From an uncultured cyanobacterium (GTDB taxonomy: Bacteria > Cyanobacteriota > Cyanobacteriia > Pseudanabaenales > Pseudanabaenaceae), in contig OY969811.1 in the NCBI GenBank assembly GCA_963703315.1, positions 512,001-576,000 on the forward strand: 64,000 nucleotides of DNA, in the 5' to 3' direction. The notes beneath the pieces are model-generated. The model was not told where the DNA came from, did not search any database, and worked only from the letters and a program-made list of their open reading frames with translations. The position numbers and the translations under genes were made by a program. Below are positions 43,593 through 53,572 of the stretch, one piece after another. Position 1 is the first letter of the stretch, and the number at the start of each line of letters is the position of its first letter.

Positions 43593-44544
43593 TCTTTGTG
43601 TTGCGCTGTAAAAGAATACTCAGATATTCCTGAGCTTCTACCCAGTTAGGTACAAGCTCAACTGCTGATTGAAAACAGGCGATCGCTTCTTCAGGCTTAC
43701 CAATATTGTTTAAGAGAATTCCAAGATTGAAATAGGGCTGAGCAAAATTAGGGTCAATCTCGATCGCTTCTTTATAAGACAAAATTGCATCTTTAAGTTG
43801 ATCGCGACGAATGAAGGTACTTCCAAGATTGCAGTGAGCATCGGCATAGGTGGGGTCAATTTGGATTGCTCGTTCAAAACAGGCGATCGCTTGATTTTCT
43901 AGAGATTCTTTTAAAGATTCTTGATCCCCATTAATGGAAGTAATTTTTTGTAAATAGGCGACACCCAAGGCATTGTAATCTTTAGCTTGGAGCAGATCCG
44001 AATTATAGTTATTTGCACGCTCATAGATCGCATTGACGGCTTCAGGATCATTCTGCTGGAAATATACCTGCGCGATCGCTCGATAAGCATCGAGATAATT
44101 AGGATCTGTAGAAATTGCCCGTTCATAACTAACTAATGCTTCTGCAATTCTGCCCCTTTCCTTAAGATTATCCCCCAATTTGCAATGATATTCTGGTAAG
44201 AAGCGATCAGGAGCTAGTTCTAAAGCTTTCTGAAAATGGGCGATCGCTAACTCACTCCATCCCATTTGTTGGTAAGCATTACCGATTCCTAATTGAGCAG
44301 CTAGAGATTGCGGATCAAGTTCAATCGCTTTACTAAAACAGGCGATCGCCTCCATGACATTGCCTTGGAGTTGATAAATTGTGCCAATGCGCTCATGGGC
44401 GGTCGCAAAATTAGGATCGATCGCTAAGGCGCGTTGGTAATTTTTAAGGGCGAGGGGGATATTGCCTGAAGGCTGATAGCGATCGCCAAATTGAATATAG
44501 GTCTCAGGCGATTCAACGGTTGATGGATTAATAACATCAGTCAT
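43576..44544 (-). CDS. Tetratricopeptide repeat protein
   Basis: About 8 TPR units (A...Y..A..IDP..A.A...LG). Confidence 0.92.
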   Translation of the reverse strand: MTDVINPSTVESPETYIQFGDRYQPSGNIPLALKNYQRALAIDPNFATAHERIGTIYQLQGNVMEAIACFSKAIELDPQSLAAQLGIGNAYQQMGWSELAIAHFQKALELAPDRFLPEYHCKLGDNLKERGRIAEALVSYERAISTDPNYLDAYRAIAQVYFQQNDPEAVNAIYERANNYNSDLLQAKDYNALGVAYLQKITSINGDQESLKESLENQAIACFERAIQIDPTYADAHCNLGSTFIRRDQLKDAILSYKEAIEIDPNFAQPYFNLGILLNNIGKPEEAIACFQSAVELVPNWVEAQEYLSILLQRNTKTKQNE

Positions 44545-44672
44545 GGCGATAAAAGTCTGTTATGGTATGGGGTTTCTGGTACAGTGCTTGACGCTATATC
44601 TCAAAAAGTTGATCACATATTTCCCCAAAACATCGCCGCAATTTCAATTAGCCGCAATATCACCGTTTTCCT

Positions 44673-46208
44673 ATGACAGTAAACATTGCCATTCGGATCT
44701 TTTCCCTTACTCTATGCACTGTGATGGGAATTGTGACTCAGCCAGCTTCTGCTCAAGTTGGTGAATATTGTCAATTTGAGAATGAAGCGATCGCGAATAA
44801 AGACAATTTACGTTTAGCCGCTTTTCCAGACAGTTCCAGTAAAAGCGTCAATTTAACTGCTACCAAAGCATATCAAGAGCTTGTCAAACAACATAGCCAA
44901 AAACTAAATACCTGTCGTCAACAATCTTGGCTGAAAACGCAAGGAATTTGGCTGCGGTTATATCCCTGTGATTTGCAGTCTGGAAAGCTCGATGAAGTGA
45001 TGGATCGGATTGTCAATCGTGGCTATAACCAAGTATTTGTGGAAGTTCTTTCCGATGGTAAGATTCTCTTACCGCAGTCAGAAAATATGACGGCTTGGGA
45101 TTCCCTTGTGCAGTCAGAGAAATATAAAAATGCTGACCTGTTGAAACTGGCGATCGCGAAAGGGAGAGAACGAGGACTAAAGGTTCACGCTTGGGTCTTT
45201 ACGATGAATGTGGGTAAAGGCTATGGACAAGGCTTTGATCGTGATGGATTGTCACGACAAACGGCAGCACGACAACAGGCGATCGCCCGTAATGCTAATA
45301 GGGACAGCACTATTTCTATAGTTGAGAACTTGGGTAAAAATAGCGAAGGAGAAGTTTCAACTCAGGATCAGCTATTTATCGATCCCTATAATTATCAAGC
45401 CCAAAGTGATTTGTATTTAGCCGTTAATGAGGTCGTCAAGCGGAATCCCGATGGCGTAGTATTTGACTATGTGCGTTACAAGCGCGGTGCAGGGGCGGCT
45501 TCGGTGGTGAGTAACGTTCGTTATCTATGGATTTATGGTGAAGCCTCTTTGCAAGCATTACGCGATCGTGCCGAAAATTTACAAGGACGAGAAATTATTA
45601 ATCGCTTTCTCAAACAGGGCTATATCACACCCACAGATCTCCAAACCGTGAAAAAGCTCTATCCTCAAGAACTAGAACCACTGTGGCAAGGTCGTCAACC
45701 ATCTAACCAAGCAAATCCTGCGATCGCCTATTGGCAAGCAGAACTGTGGCGTTTAGCGATTGGTCATGCTTTTATCGGTGTCACCCATTATCTCGGTATT
45801 GTCTCAAAACCAGTTTTGCGACAAGGGATTCCTGCAAGTATTGCCTTTTTCTCCGATGGCAATCAACCTGTGGGCAATGGTTTTGATTCGAGAATGCAGC
45901 CTTGGCATTTATTTCCGAGTACCTATGAATTTCAGCCGATGGCGTATGCAGTCTGTGGCAAACCTGACTGCATCGTTTCCCAAGTTCGTCGAGTTGTGCA
46001 GTATGCATCTGAAGGCGCGAAGATTTCGCCAATTTTAGTCGGTCAATGGAACGAACCCTTCAGCAATCGTCCATCTTTGGAATTACAAATGCAATCCATC
46101 CATTCCGCATTTCCAGACATTAACTCCATAAGTCATTTCGCTTTCGGTTGGCAAATGAGAGAGTTAGCTTTTACGCGATCGCGCCAATTTTGTACCCTAA
46201 AAGATTGA
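44673..46208 (+). CDS. Glycosyl hydrolase-like 10 (GHL10/DUF187-type) exported protein
   Basis: GIWLRLY, GLKVHAWV, FIDPY, DGVVFDYVRY; signal peptide. Confidence 0.8.
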   Translation: MTVNIAIRIFSLTLCTVMGIVTQPASAQVGEYCQFENEAIANKDNLRLAAFPDSSSKSVNLTATKAYQELVKQHSQKLNTCRQQSWLKTQGIWLRLYPCDLQSGKLDEVMDRIVNRGYNQVFVEVLSDGKILLPQSENMTAWDSLVQSEKYKNADLLKLAIAKGRERGLKVHAWVFTMNVGKGYGQGFDRDGLSRQTAARQQAIARNANRDSTISIVENLGKNSEGEVSTQDQLFIDPYNYQAQSDLYLAVNEVVKRNPDGVVFDYVRYKRGAGAASVVSNVRYLWIYGEASLQALRDRAENLQGREIINRFLKQGYITPTDLQTVKKLYPQELEPLWQGRQPSNQANPAIAYWQAELWRLAIGHAFIGVTHYLGIVSKPVLRQGIPASIAFFSDGNQPVGNGFDSRMQPWHLFPSTYEFQPMAYAVCGKPDCIVSQVRRVVQYASEGAKISPILVGQWNEPFSNRPSLELQMQSIHSAFPDINSISHFAFGWQMRELAFTRSRQFCTLKD

Positions 46209-46239
46209 TAGCGGCGCGAAGCGCCGCTATCAATCTTTT
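46199..46239. terminator. Hairpin between convergent genes
   Basis: aaaagattgatagcggcgc-gaa-gcgccgctatcaatctttt; contains the upstream stop codon. Confidence 0.65.
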
Positions 46240-46248
46240 GCGTACATC

Positions 46249-47694
46249 TTAATCTTTTTTCACAACAAGAATCGTTTCGAGGCTGTCATCACTCGCACCA
46301 TTGATCACACCACCCGATCGCACAATAGCTTGCAACATCTCCACCACTTCCCTCGTAATTTCCTCACCAATACAAATCAAGGGAATCCCTGGGGGATAGG
46401 GACAAAGAGATTCTGCGCTAATTTTCCCAATCGCTTGCTCTAGAGGAAGGCGATCGCTTTTAGCAAAATAAACATCACGCGGAGAGAGATGAGATTGGTA
46501 ATTCGTAATTCGTAATTCGTAATTCACAATTGCATCCCTTTTCCCTTTTCCCTTGACGATCTGTTGAAATCCATCAACTAACCGATTAATATCCCCTTGA
46601 GTATTGCCAATACTGACCGCAAAAACTAGCTGACTCAGAGTGGGCATTTCTGCCATGACATTAAATTGGGAATATAGCAATTCATCGACTTCAAAGCCTG
46701 TAGTTTCCAGTTGATTAACCATTACCGTGAGGCGAGTAGGATCGAGAGTAGGAACTTCTACTTGACTAAAGGTTCTTAAGTTAGGAACTTGATTTAATTG
46801 CGATCGCGCTTCCTTTGCTAATCTCAAAGTCTCTGTTAATAGTTGTTTCCCCTCAACCGCCATTTGTCGTCTTGCCACATCAAGGGATAGCAGCAGCAAT
46901 AAATTAGGACTACTTGAGCGCAATATTTGCAAAGCTCGATCCACTTGTTCAGGATCAATGCGATCGCCTTGTAAATGTAAAATCGAAGACTGGGTAAGAC
47001 TACCTGCCACTTTGTGGGTTGATTGCACCACCAGATCTGCCCCAGCCTGTAATGCTGAAATTGGGAGATCGGGATGGAAGCCTAAATGTGCGCCGTGAGC
47101 AGCATCGACTAGTAAGGGAACATGGTATGCATGGGCGATCGCCGCTAGTTTCTCAATCTCACCGCAGACTCCAAAATAATTGGGACTGACTAGTAGCACG
47201 GCTTTCGCATCAGGATACTTTTTGAGAAAAAATTCTAACGTCTCAGGACTCACGCCCAAATCCAAATCAAATTCTGGTAAATAATCGGTCGGCAAATAAA
47301 TCGGAGTCGCACCGTTGAGAACTAATCCCGCGATCGCGGCCTTGTGACAATTACGCCCAATCAGAACCTGATCGCCCTGTCCACAGGTTGCCAAAAGCAT
47401 TGCCTGTACGCCGCAAGTGGAGCCATTAGTCAGAAACCATGCGCGATCGCTCCCGTAGGCATCCGCCGCAAGTAATTCTGCTGCCGTAATTGCATCTTCT
47501 AGTTTAGGTAATTCAGGCAAATCTAGACGAAATATCGTCTCCCCCATCAGCGCCGCTAATTCGCGATCAATGCCTTGACCACGTTTATGTCCCGGCATAT
47601 AAAACGGTGCATGATCAATGTTTAGATAGCGCTTGGCAGCTTCTAATAACGGAGTGGAATTTTGATTTGTCAAAGTTTTTGAGGACTTACACAT
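46249..47694 (-). CDS. Orn/Lys/Arg decarboxylase family PLP enzyme
   Basis: FYMPGHK, NGSTCG, RNCHK, VDAAHG, QSTHK (PLP Lys), PYPPGIP; start uncertain (47694 or 47673). Confidence 0.88.
   Translation of the reverse strand: MCKSSKTLTNQNSTPLLEAAKRYLNIDHAPFYMPGHKRGQGIDRELAALMGETIFRLDLPELPKLEDAITAAELLAADAYGSDRAWFLTNGSTCGVQAMLLATCGQGDQVLIGRNCHKAAIAGLVLNGATPIYLPTDYLPEFDLDLGVSPETLEFFLKKYPDAKAVLLVSPNYFGVCGEIEKLAAIAHAYHVPLLVDAAHGAHLGFHPDLPISALQAGADLVVQSTHKVAGSLTQSSILHLQGDRIDPEQVDRALQILRSSSPNLLLLLSLDVARRQMAVEGKQLLTETLRLAKEARSQLNQVPNLRTFSQVEVPTLDPTRLTVMVNQLETTGFEVDELLYSQFNVMAEMPTLSQLVFAVSIGNTQGDINRLVDGFQQIVKGKGKRDAIVNYELRITNYQSHLSPRDVYFAKSDRLPLEQAIGKISAESLCPYPPGIPLICIGEEITREVVEMLQAIVRSGGVINGASDDSLETILVVKKD
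46499..46554. repeat. Two adjacent heptamer arrays inside the CDS
   Basis: (taattcg)x3.9 at 46499-46525 and (tcccttt)x2.9 at 46535-46554. Confidence 0.8.
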
Positions 47695-47742
47695 TAGGCA
47701 ATATTTGTATGAGCAGCGCTTCGCGCTGCTCATACAAATACT

Positions 47743-48939
47743 TTAAACTTTAGGTAACTGATACTGAGCGATAATCCGTTTGGCAAACTCAGGAACATGA
47801 GCCTCTAGCTTTTTAGGATAGTTACGACGCACGTAGAGATAATTGCGGACAAAGTGGGAATCGAGCGAAAATCTGCCATACTCCAAGCCTTTGGGACCAA
47901 TCTTATTCACCACAAAGCTAATAATCCAAGCTAGCCAAATTGGTAAAGTCACCGCTTGATCATAAGCCGAAATACCTTGTTGCACCGCCGCACGGCGATC
48001 GCCACTAGAAATGACAGGTTGAGTCTGTAATTGATCCTTAATCAGTTCCAGCATCTCTTTGCCCGTCTCATTACGCACCACGATCCATTGCCAACCAAAG
48101 GTTGCACCCATATAGCCCACGACAATATCTGCGAGAGCATTGGTATAGTCAAAACAGGTCATGCAAGAGGGAGCAAACACATCCTTGAGTTCCTTAGTAT
48201 TTAGCCCAAAGAATGGGACTAACTCAGTGGAGCCATCGGAATGTTTGAAATGCACGTTGAAGTCTTGCATAAATTCGTAATGCACCACTGTTTCAGGCGA
48301 TCGGCTGGTGGTGTCGAGGAATTTCTGTAAACCTGATCGCGTCACGTTATCGGTGCAAGGTGTCCCCAATACATAGAGCTTTTCTAAACCAAGTTCTTTC
48401 TCAACGGTGCGTAATGCTTGAATTTGGCAACCCACACCGATCGCTAATAGTCTCTTGATACCCGATTGCTCGATCTGTTCTAAAACTGAAAGATTTGGCG
48501 AAAGAGTCGGTTTATTCACCCGTGCAGCTAGAATTTCTTCACGGTTACGGGCAATCACAGGCTGAGGTTTGAAGCGATCGTCTTTGCTCGACTGCACACA
48601 TACCACGCCTTCGACTAAGCCCTTCTCTAACATGGCGATCGCCAGCGTGGATACAATTCCTGTCCATTGCGCCCCTTCAATCGGTTCAGTTTTGCGGGCG
48701 GCGATCATTTCTTGATGCACACCAAAATATAGTTCTTTTTCGTTATCAAGATCTCGCGATCGCCCATGAGACTGTGTTTCCAGTTCATCAATATGCTGCG
48801 TGATAAATGCACAAGCCTCTTTGACGTAATGAATGTAATAGGTATCGCAGAGACCACATTCACTGCACAATTCTTTAGCAGGGCGACGTTGAGGATCTGC
48901 TAGTCCTTTTGCCTTGCGATGGGATGGGACAACCGACAT
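47743..48939 (-). CDS. bciB: Ferredoxin-dependent 8-vinyl (divinyl chlorophyllide) reductase, FrhB-family
   Basis: RPAKELCSECGLCDTYYIHYVKEACAF, GAQWTGIV, GVGCQ, FAPSCMTCFDY. Confidence 0.82.
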   Translation of the reverse strand: MSVVPSHRKAKGLADPQRRPAKELCSECGLCDTYYIHYVKEACAFITQHIDELETQSHGRSRDLDNEKELYFGVHQEMIAARKTEPIEGAQWTGIVSTLAIAMLEKGLVEGVVCVQSSKDDRFKPQPVIARNREEILAARVNKPTLSPNLSVLEQIEQSGIKRLLAIGVGCQIQALRTVEKELGLEKLYVLGTPCTDNVTRSGLQKFLDTTSRSPETVVHYEFMQDFNVHFKHSDGSTELVPFFGLNTKELKDVFAPSCMTCFDYTNALADIVVGYMGATFGWQWIVVRNETGKEMLELIKDQLQTQPVISSGDRRAAVQQGISAYDQAVTLPIWLAWIISFVVNKIGPKGLEYGRFSLDSHFVRNYLYVRRNYPKKLEAHVPEFAKRIIAQYQLPKV

Positions 48940-48974
48940 TTTGCTATTTCTTATTATATAGATCTAGCTAGATC

Positions 48975-49074
48975 ATAGCTTTTTTGGGTCAAACCCAAAA
49001 GAGAGGGGCGGCGCAAAGCGCCGCCACTCTCTTGGGGGTTTGGATTTGTCCTAACATCACTGACTACCGCCATA
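48975..49074. mobile_element. Family A element (reverse, one end degraded)
   Basis: Right end is the reverse complement of the 452-element left end; central gcggcgc-aaa-gcgccgc. Confidence 0.6.
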
Positions 49075-49133
49075 ACTGTGCAAATGTACAAAGTACTGAG
49101 ATTCTGACTGAGATCGCCAACTCATAGAAAAAA

Positions 49134-49571
49134 TCAAATGTAAAACATTACATCTGTCTGTTGCTTTTTCTCCTCACATTTTCTCAAGAGATCTTCAAGG
49201 GTATGATTATGCAAAACATTAAAAGATGCGCCCTTCGCAGTTTCCCATATATCAATAACTGCGGCTTTTTCGGCAGTGAGGGCATCAAAACTTTTGGTTT
49301 CTTGTGGACTTTCGCCATCCAGAGCAACTACCACATCAGTGAGCTTAATCTGCCAAGGTTCACGGGCAAGATGATAACCACCTTTTGCGCCACGTTGACT
49401 GATGATGATACCTGAACGTCTCAGCATTGCCATCACTTGATCGAGATAACGAATGGGAATGCTTTGGCTGATGGCAATTTCGTTAACAGAGGTCGGTTTA
49501 CCCTGTTTGTGGCGCATGGCTAGCTCCAATAGAGCAATGCAAGCATAATCAACCTTACAAGATAGTTCCAT
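49134..49571 (-). CDS. Rrf2 family transcriptional regulator (CymR-like, no Fe-S Cys triad)
   Basis: KVDYA, YLDQV, SQRGAKGGYHLAR; directly downstream of cysK. Confidence 0.9.
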   Translation of the reverse strand: MELSCKVDYACIALLELAMRHKQGKPTSVNEIAISQSIPIRYLDQVMAMLRRSGIIISQRGAKGGYHLAREPWQIKLTDVVVALDGESPQETKSFDALTAEKAAVIDIWETAKGASFNVLHNHTLEDLLRKCEEKKQQTDVMFYI

Positions 49572-49638
49572 AAAATTTAAAAAGTAGCAGGATTTTGGTT
49601 TTTAGTATGGGCAACGCAAAGCGCTGCCCATATTGCCT

Positions 49639-50610
49639 TTAGGAATTAGTAGAAGTTGCAGATGCGGGAACAAGATCGATATTTTGAAATAGGGGTGTAC
49701 TGAGATATCTCTCTCCAAAACTTGGTTGGATCACTACGATCAGGCGATCTCGATTTTCTTCCCGTTTTCCGACGGCGATCGCCGCCGCAAGAGCCGCACC
49801 TGAAGAAATTCCCGATAGCAATCCTTCTTCACGGGCGAGACGACGACCATAGATCATGGCTTGTTCATCGGAAATCCCAATCACTTCATCAATCAAATCT
49901 GTGCGTAATACTTGAGGAACAAAGCCTGCGCCAATTCCCTGAATCTTGTGAGCGCCCGCAACTCCACCCGCCAACACAGGACTATTAAACGGCTCAACGG
50001 CGATCGCTTTAAAACTAGGTTTACGTTGTTTGATCACTTCCGCTACCCCTGTAATCGTGCCACCAGTCCCCACACCCGCAATCACAATATCCACTGCTCC
50101 ATCGGTATCATTCCAGATTTCTTCCGCCGTAGTATGGCGATGGATTTCAGGGTTAGCGGGATTGTTAAACTGTTGCAGCATATAGGCATTACTGGTGGAA
50201 TCTGCGATTTCACCTGCTCGCCGAATTGCGCCGCGCATTCCTTCTGTTGCAGGAGTTAGTTCAAGTTCCGCGCCGTAAGCTCGGAGCATCGCACGACGCT
50301 CTAAACTCATGGTTTCAGGCATTGTTAAAATCAAGCGATAGCCCTTAGCAGCCGCAACCATTGCCAAGGCAATACCCGTATTACCTGAAGTTGGTTCGAC
50401 CAAAATTGTTTTAGCAGGACTGATTAAGCCCTTCTTTTCAGCATCTTCAATCATCGCTAAGCCAATCCGATCTTTGACCGATGAAGAAGGATTCAGGCTT
50501 TCTAGTTTGACGACAATTTTTGCCAAAGAACCATCTCTTTTGGGAATATTATTCAGGGCTACCAGTGGAGTACTACCAATTAACTGAGTAATGCTTTGCG
50601 CGATTTTCAT
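49639..50610 (-). CDS. cysK: Cysteine synthase A
   Basis: [41 protein letters not shown]. Confidence 0.96.
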   Translation of the reverse strand: MKIAQSITQLIGSTPLVALNNIPKRDGSLAKIVVKLESLNPSSSVKDRIGLAMIEDAEKKGLISPAKTILVEPTSGNTGIALAMVAAAKGYRLILTMPETMSLERRAMLRAYGAELELTPATEGMRGAIRRAGEIADSTSNAYMLQQFNNPANPEIHRHTTAEEIWNDTDGAVDIVIAGVGTGGTITGVAEVIKQRKPSFKAIAVEPFNSPVLAGGVAGAHKIQGIGAGFVPQVLRTDLIDEVIGISDEQAMIYGRRLAREEGLLSGISSGAALAAAIAVGKREENRDRLIVVIQPSFGERYLSTPLFQNIDLVPASATSTNS

Positions 50611-50648
50611 GGGGAGCTAAATGTTGTAAAAAGACATTAGAAATAAAA

Positions 50649-50739
50649 AATACGGTATCTTGGTGGGAATACCGTACTTAGTAAGATACAATACTTTTCA
50701 ACGTAATACAAATAAATCTACGGTTTCTCGACTGGGTAT
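50649..50739. promoter_or_regulatory. Putative operator repeats between divergent cysK and the cysR-like gene
   Basis: tacggtatcttggtgggaat(accgta) and tacggtttctcgactgggtat. Confidence 0.4.
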
Positions 50740-51312
50740 GTGATGATTTATCTCGAAACAACGACTTCTCGTATTTATAAGCGTCGCGAAATGCTGATAA
50801 GACGTGACAACTTTATCTGGAAAATTGAGTCTGGAGTGGTGCGATCGCTGACTTGGACAGAGGATGGACAGGTAATCTGCTCAGGGTTGTGGGCTGATGG
50901 CGATGTGATTGGCAGTGAGCTATCCAACTTGCATCCCTACGAAATGGAGTGTTTAACAGATGTGCAATTAACCGAAGTTCCGCGATCGCAGTGGGGCGAT
51001 TATGTCGATGAAATTATTCGCCACAATCAAACGAGTGAGTTTTTATTAAAGATTTCCCATTGCCGTGCAAAGGATGATGCGTTGCGACAATTATTAGGTT
51101 GGTTAACTAATCGTTTCGGTGAAGAAGATCGTCATGGTCGCTTAATTGGTTTGCAATTAACGCATCAAGAACTAGCCGAATTAATTGGTTCAACTCGTGT
51201 GACCGTGACAAGGATTATTAATGATTTAGAAAGGGTTGGGTTTCTATCACGTAAAGGACGGAAGTTACTATTTCTTGCTGATAGTGCTGACCAATGGCAC
51301 TATGAAATCTAA
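50740..51312 (+). CDS. Crp/Fnr family regulator (CysR-like)
   Basis: Degenerate cNMP domain; LTHQELAELIGSTRVTVTRII HTH; divergent from cysK. Confidence 0.85.
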   Translation: MMIYLETTTSRIYKRREMLIRRDNFIWKIESGVVRSLTWTEDGQVICSGLWADGDVIGSELSNLHPYEMECLTDVQLTEVPRSQWGDYVDEIIRHNQTSEFLLKISHCRAKDDALRQLLGWLTNRFGEEDRHGRLIGLQLTHQELAELIGSTRVTVTRIINDLERVGFLSRKGRKLLFLADSADQWHYEI

Positions 51313-51316
51313 ACCA

Positions 51317-51341
51317 AAAAGCACCCGTAAGGGTGCTTTTT
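51317..51341 (+). terminator. Intrinsic terminator
   Basis: aaaaagcaccc-gtaa-gggtgcttttt. Confidence 0.7.
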
Positions 51342-51363
51342 CTAAGTAAGCAAAAATTGGAAG

Positions 51364-51420
51364 AATCTCATACCAAAAGCTAAAAATGGCAACGCCATTT
51401 TTAGCTTTTGGTATGAGATT
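51364..51420. repeat. Family C half-element with extended perfect arms
   Basis: aatctcataccaaaagctaaaaatggc-aac-gccatttttagcttttggtatgagatt. Confidence 0.75.
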
Positions 51421-51427
51421 CAAGTAA

Positions 51428-51443
51428 TGTGAGCCAGATCACA
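51428..51443. promoter_or_regulatory. Perfect CRP/SyCRP1 consensus site
   Basis: TGTGA-gccaga-TCACA. Confidence 0.55.
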
Positions 51444-51578
51444 ACTTTGTAGAGATTTGAAGCCCTTGATCCTTTGCCTACAATCACTTAACGGCACAGA
51501 TATCAGTCACATCTATATCTTGAGTTTTGGAGGAAGCTAATCATAGTAGAACTATGCTCCTAGTAAAGCCTCAAGCTA

Positions 51579-51767
51579 ATGAATAATAAAAGTGTTATCA
51601 GAAACTTAGTTAATCGCGCTCTCCTTGTTAAACGGCTTACTCCTGAGCTAGAAAACTTAATCAATCAAGAACTGTCTGCTCAAGGATACATTACCGATCC
51701 CGACTATGAAGCACTGGAATATCTTATGCAAGCTGTTGATCAGGGGAAAGTACGTCAAGTTAGCTAA
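51579..51767 (+). CDS. Small hypothetical protein (62 aa)
   Basis: Amphipathic helical ORF on its own in an intergenic gap, with a hairpin downstream. Confidence 0.65.
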   Translation: MNNKSVIRNLVNRALLVKRLTPELENLINQELSAQGYITDPDYEALEYLMQAVDQGKVRQVS

Positions 51768-51910
51768 ATTGAAAAGAGAGTGGCGGTGTTTTGCACCGCC
51801 ACTCTCTTTTGGATTTACGAAAGGGTTTTCAAAACTAAAAATGTCATAGCCGTTTTTAGTTTTGGTATAAGACTGTAGACTAGGATTGCAAAATTTGAAG
51901 TCTTGCTTGT

Positions 51911-53392
51911 ATGGGTTCTTTGACCTATTCGGGGTTCCGTCATCAACTTCGATCGCGATCGCGTCAGTTAGTTAATTGGTTGCTGTTTTTTAGCGCCATC
52001 ATGCTAGTTGTATTCACTGTTAATAGTTGTCAGTCTAGTACAGGCATATTACCAGCGTTACCACAGCATCCAAATATTCAAGTATTTTTTAACCAAAATC
52101 AAGCCAACCGCTACACCGATCCCTACCGCAATATTGAGCGCCTCGGCGACAACCTCGAAAGAGTACTCGTCGATAATGTTAATCAAGCTAAGGTCAGTCT
52201 TGATGTTGCTGTCCAAGAGTTACGCTTACCCAACATTGCCAAGGCGATCGTTGATGCGAAATTGCGTGGGGTGAATGTCCGCCTGATTCTCGAAAATAAC
52301 TATAGTCGTGCTTGGAGTGAGTTTACGCCTGAGCAGATTGAGAAACTCAGTGAACGCGATCGCGATCGCTATAAAGAATTTAAAAAATTTGCCGATATTA
52401 ATAACGATGGTCGTTTAACTGAAGATGAACTAGACCGTCGTGATGGTTTACGGTTAATCAAAGTCACAGGTGTTCCTTGGATTGACGATACTGCTGATGG
52501 TTCTAAGGGCAGTGGACTGATGCATCATAAGTTTATGGTGATCGATGATCAGGTAGTTGTATTTGGCTCTGCCAATTTTACGATGAGCGATATTCATGGT
52601 GACTTCACTAAGCCTGATACTAGAGGTAACGCCAATAATCTGGTACGGATTGAGAGCAAAGAACTAGCTAAAAGATTTAAGCAAGAGTTCAACCTGATGT
52701 GGGGCGATGGACCTAATGGAAAACCTGATAGCAGATTTGGAACTAAAAAGCCTTCCCGTAAAATTGACTACCTCATCGTTGGCGGCGCACAAATTCGCCT
52801 TAAATTTTCTCCAGATATTGTCGATACATCCCGTGAACAGACTAGTAATGGACTAATTGCTACAGCGATCGCAGGCGCACAAAAAACTATCGATATGGCT
52901 CTATTTGTTTATTCTGAGCAGTTTATCTCGACTATTCTCGAAGAGCGTCAACAGCAAAATGTGCAGATTCGCGCTTTAGTAGAGCCACAATTTGCCTATC
53001 GAGATTATTCCGCCACTCTTGATATGTGGGGATTACAGTCCACTCAGGATTGTAAAACAGGGACAAGTAGTGCATGGAAACAACCACTTAAAACGGTAGG
53101 AATCCCTAATCTTGCTTCTGGGGATATGTTGCACCATAAGTTTGCAATTCTCGATCGCAATCTCATTCTTACAGGCTCACATAATTGGACAAATGCGGCA
53201 AATCATATCAATGATGAAGCTTTAGTCGCAATTCAAAACGAAACTGTTGCTGCCCATTACCAAAGAGAGTACGATCGCCTCTATCAAAATGCCACCCTTG
53301 GCGCTCCCGCAAAATTAGTGCAAGCTAGTTCTCAAAGTTGCGCTGAGCGCAGTAAGAGCAAGGCTGCCCCAATGATTGAAGAGTCCGAATAA
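51911..53392 (+). CDS. Phospholipase D-superfamily protein (ComA/Slr0197-like competence nuclease candidate)
   Basis: Two HxK(x4)D motifs, MHHKFMVIDD and LHHKFAILDR, with GSANF/GSHNW; N-terminal TM. Confidence 0.8.
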   Translation: MGSLTYSGFRHQLRSRSRQLVNWLLFFSAIMLVVFTVNSCQSSTGILPALPQHPNIQVFFNQNQANRYTDPYRNIERLGDNLERVLVDNVNQAKVSLDVAVQELRLPNIAKAIVDAKLRGVNVRLILENNYSRAWSEFTPEQIEKLSERDRDRYKEFKKFADINNDGRLTEDELDRRDGLRLIKVTGVPWIDDTADGSKGSGLMHHKFMVIDDQVVVFGSANFTMSDIHGDFTKPDTRGNANNLVRIESKELAKRFKQEFNLMWGDGPNGKPDSRFGTKKPSRKIDYLIVGGAQIRLKFSPDIVDTSREQTSNGLIATAIAGAQKTIDMALFVYSEQFISTILEERQQQNVQIRALVEPQFAYRDYSATLDMWGLQSTQDCKTGTSSAWKQPLKTVGIPNLASGDMLHHKFAILDRNLILTGSHNWTNAANHINDEALVAIQNETVAAHYQREYDRLYQNATLGAPAKLVQASSQSCAERSKSKAAPMIEESE

Positions 53393-53572
53393 TTTTAACC
53401 AAGAAGTGAGTTGCGGCGCGAAGCGCCGCAACTCACTTCTTGGGTTTTATGTCACAAAAGTGTGTCAGCACTTTTGTGAATTGGGATAACTGGCGATCGC
53501 AGGACACTAAAGTTTTGTTAAGCTAGACTTGCTGAAATATTGTGCATCTCTACAAACTGCGTCATTACAAAT

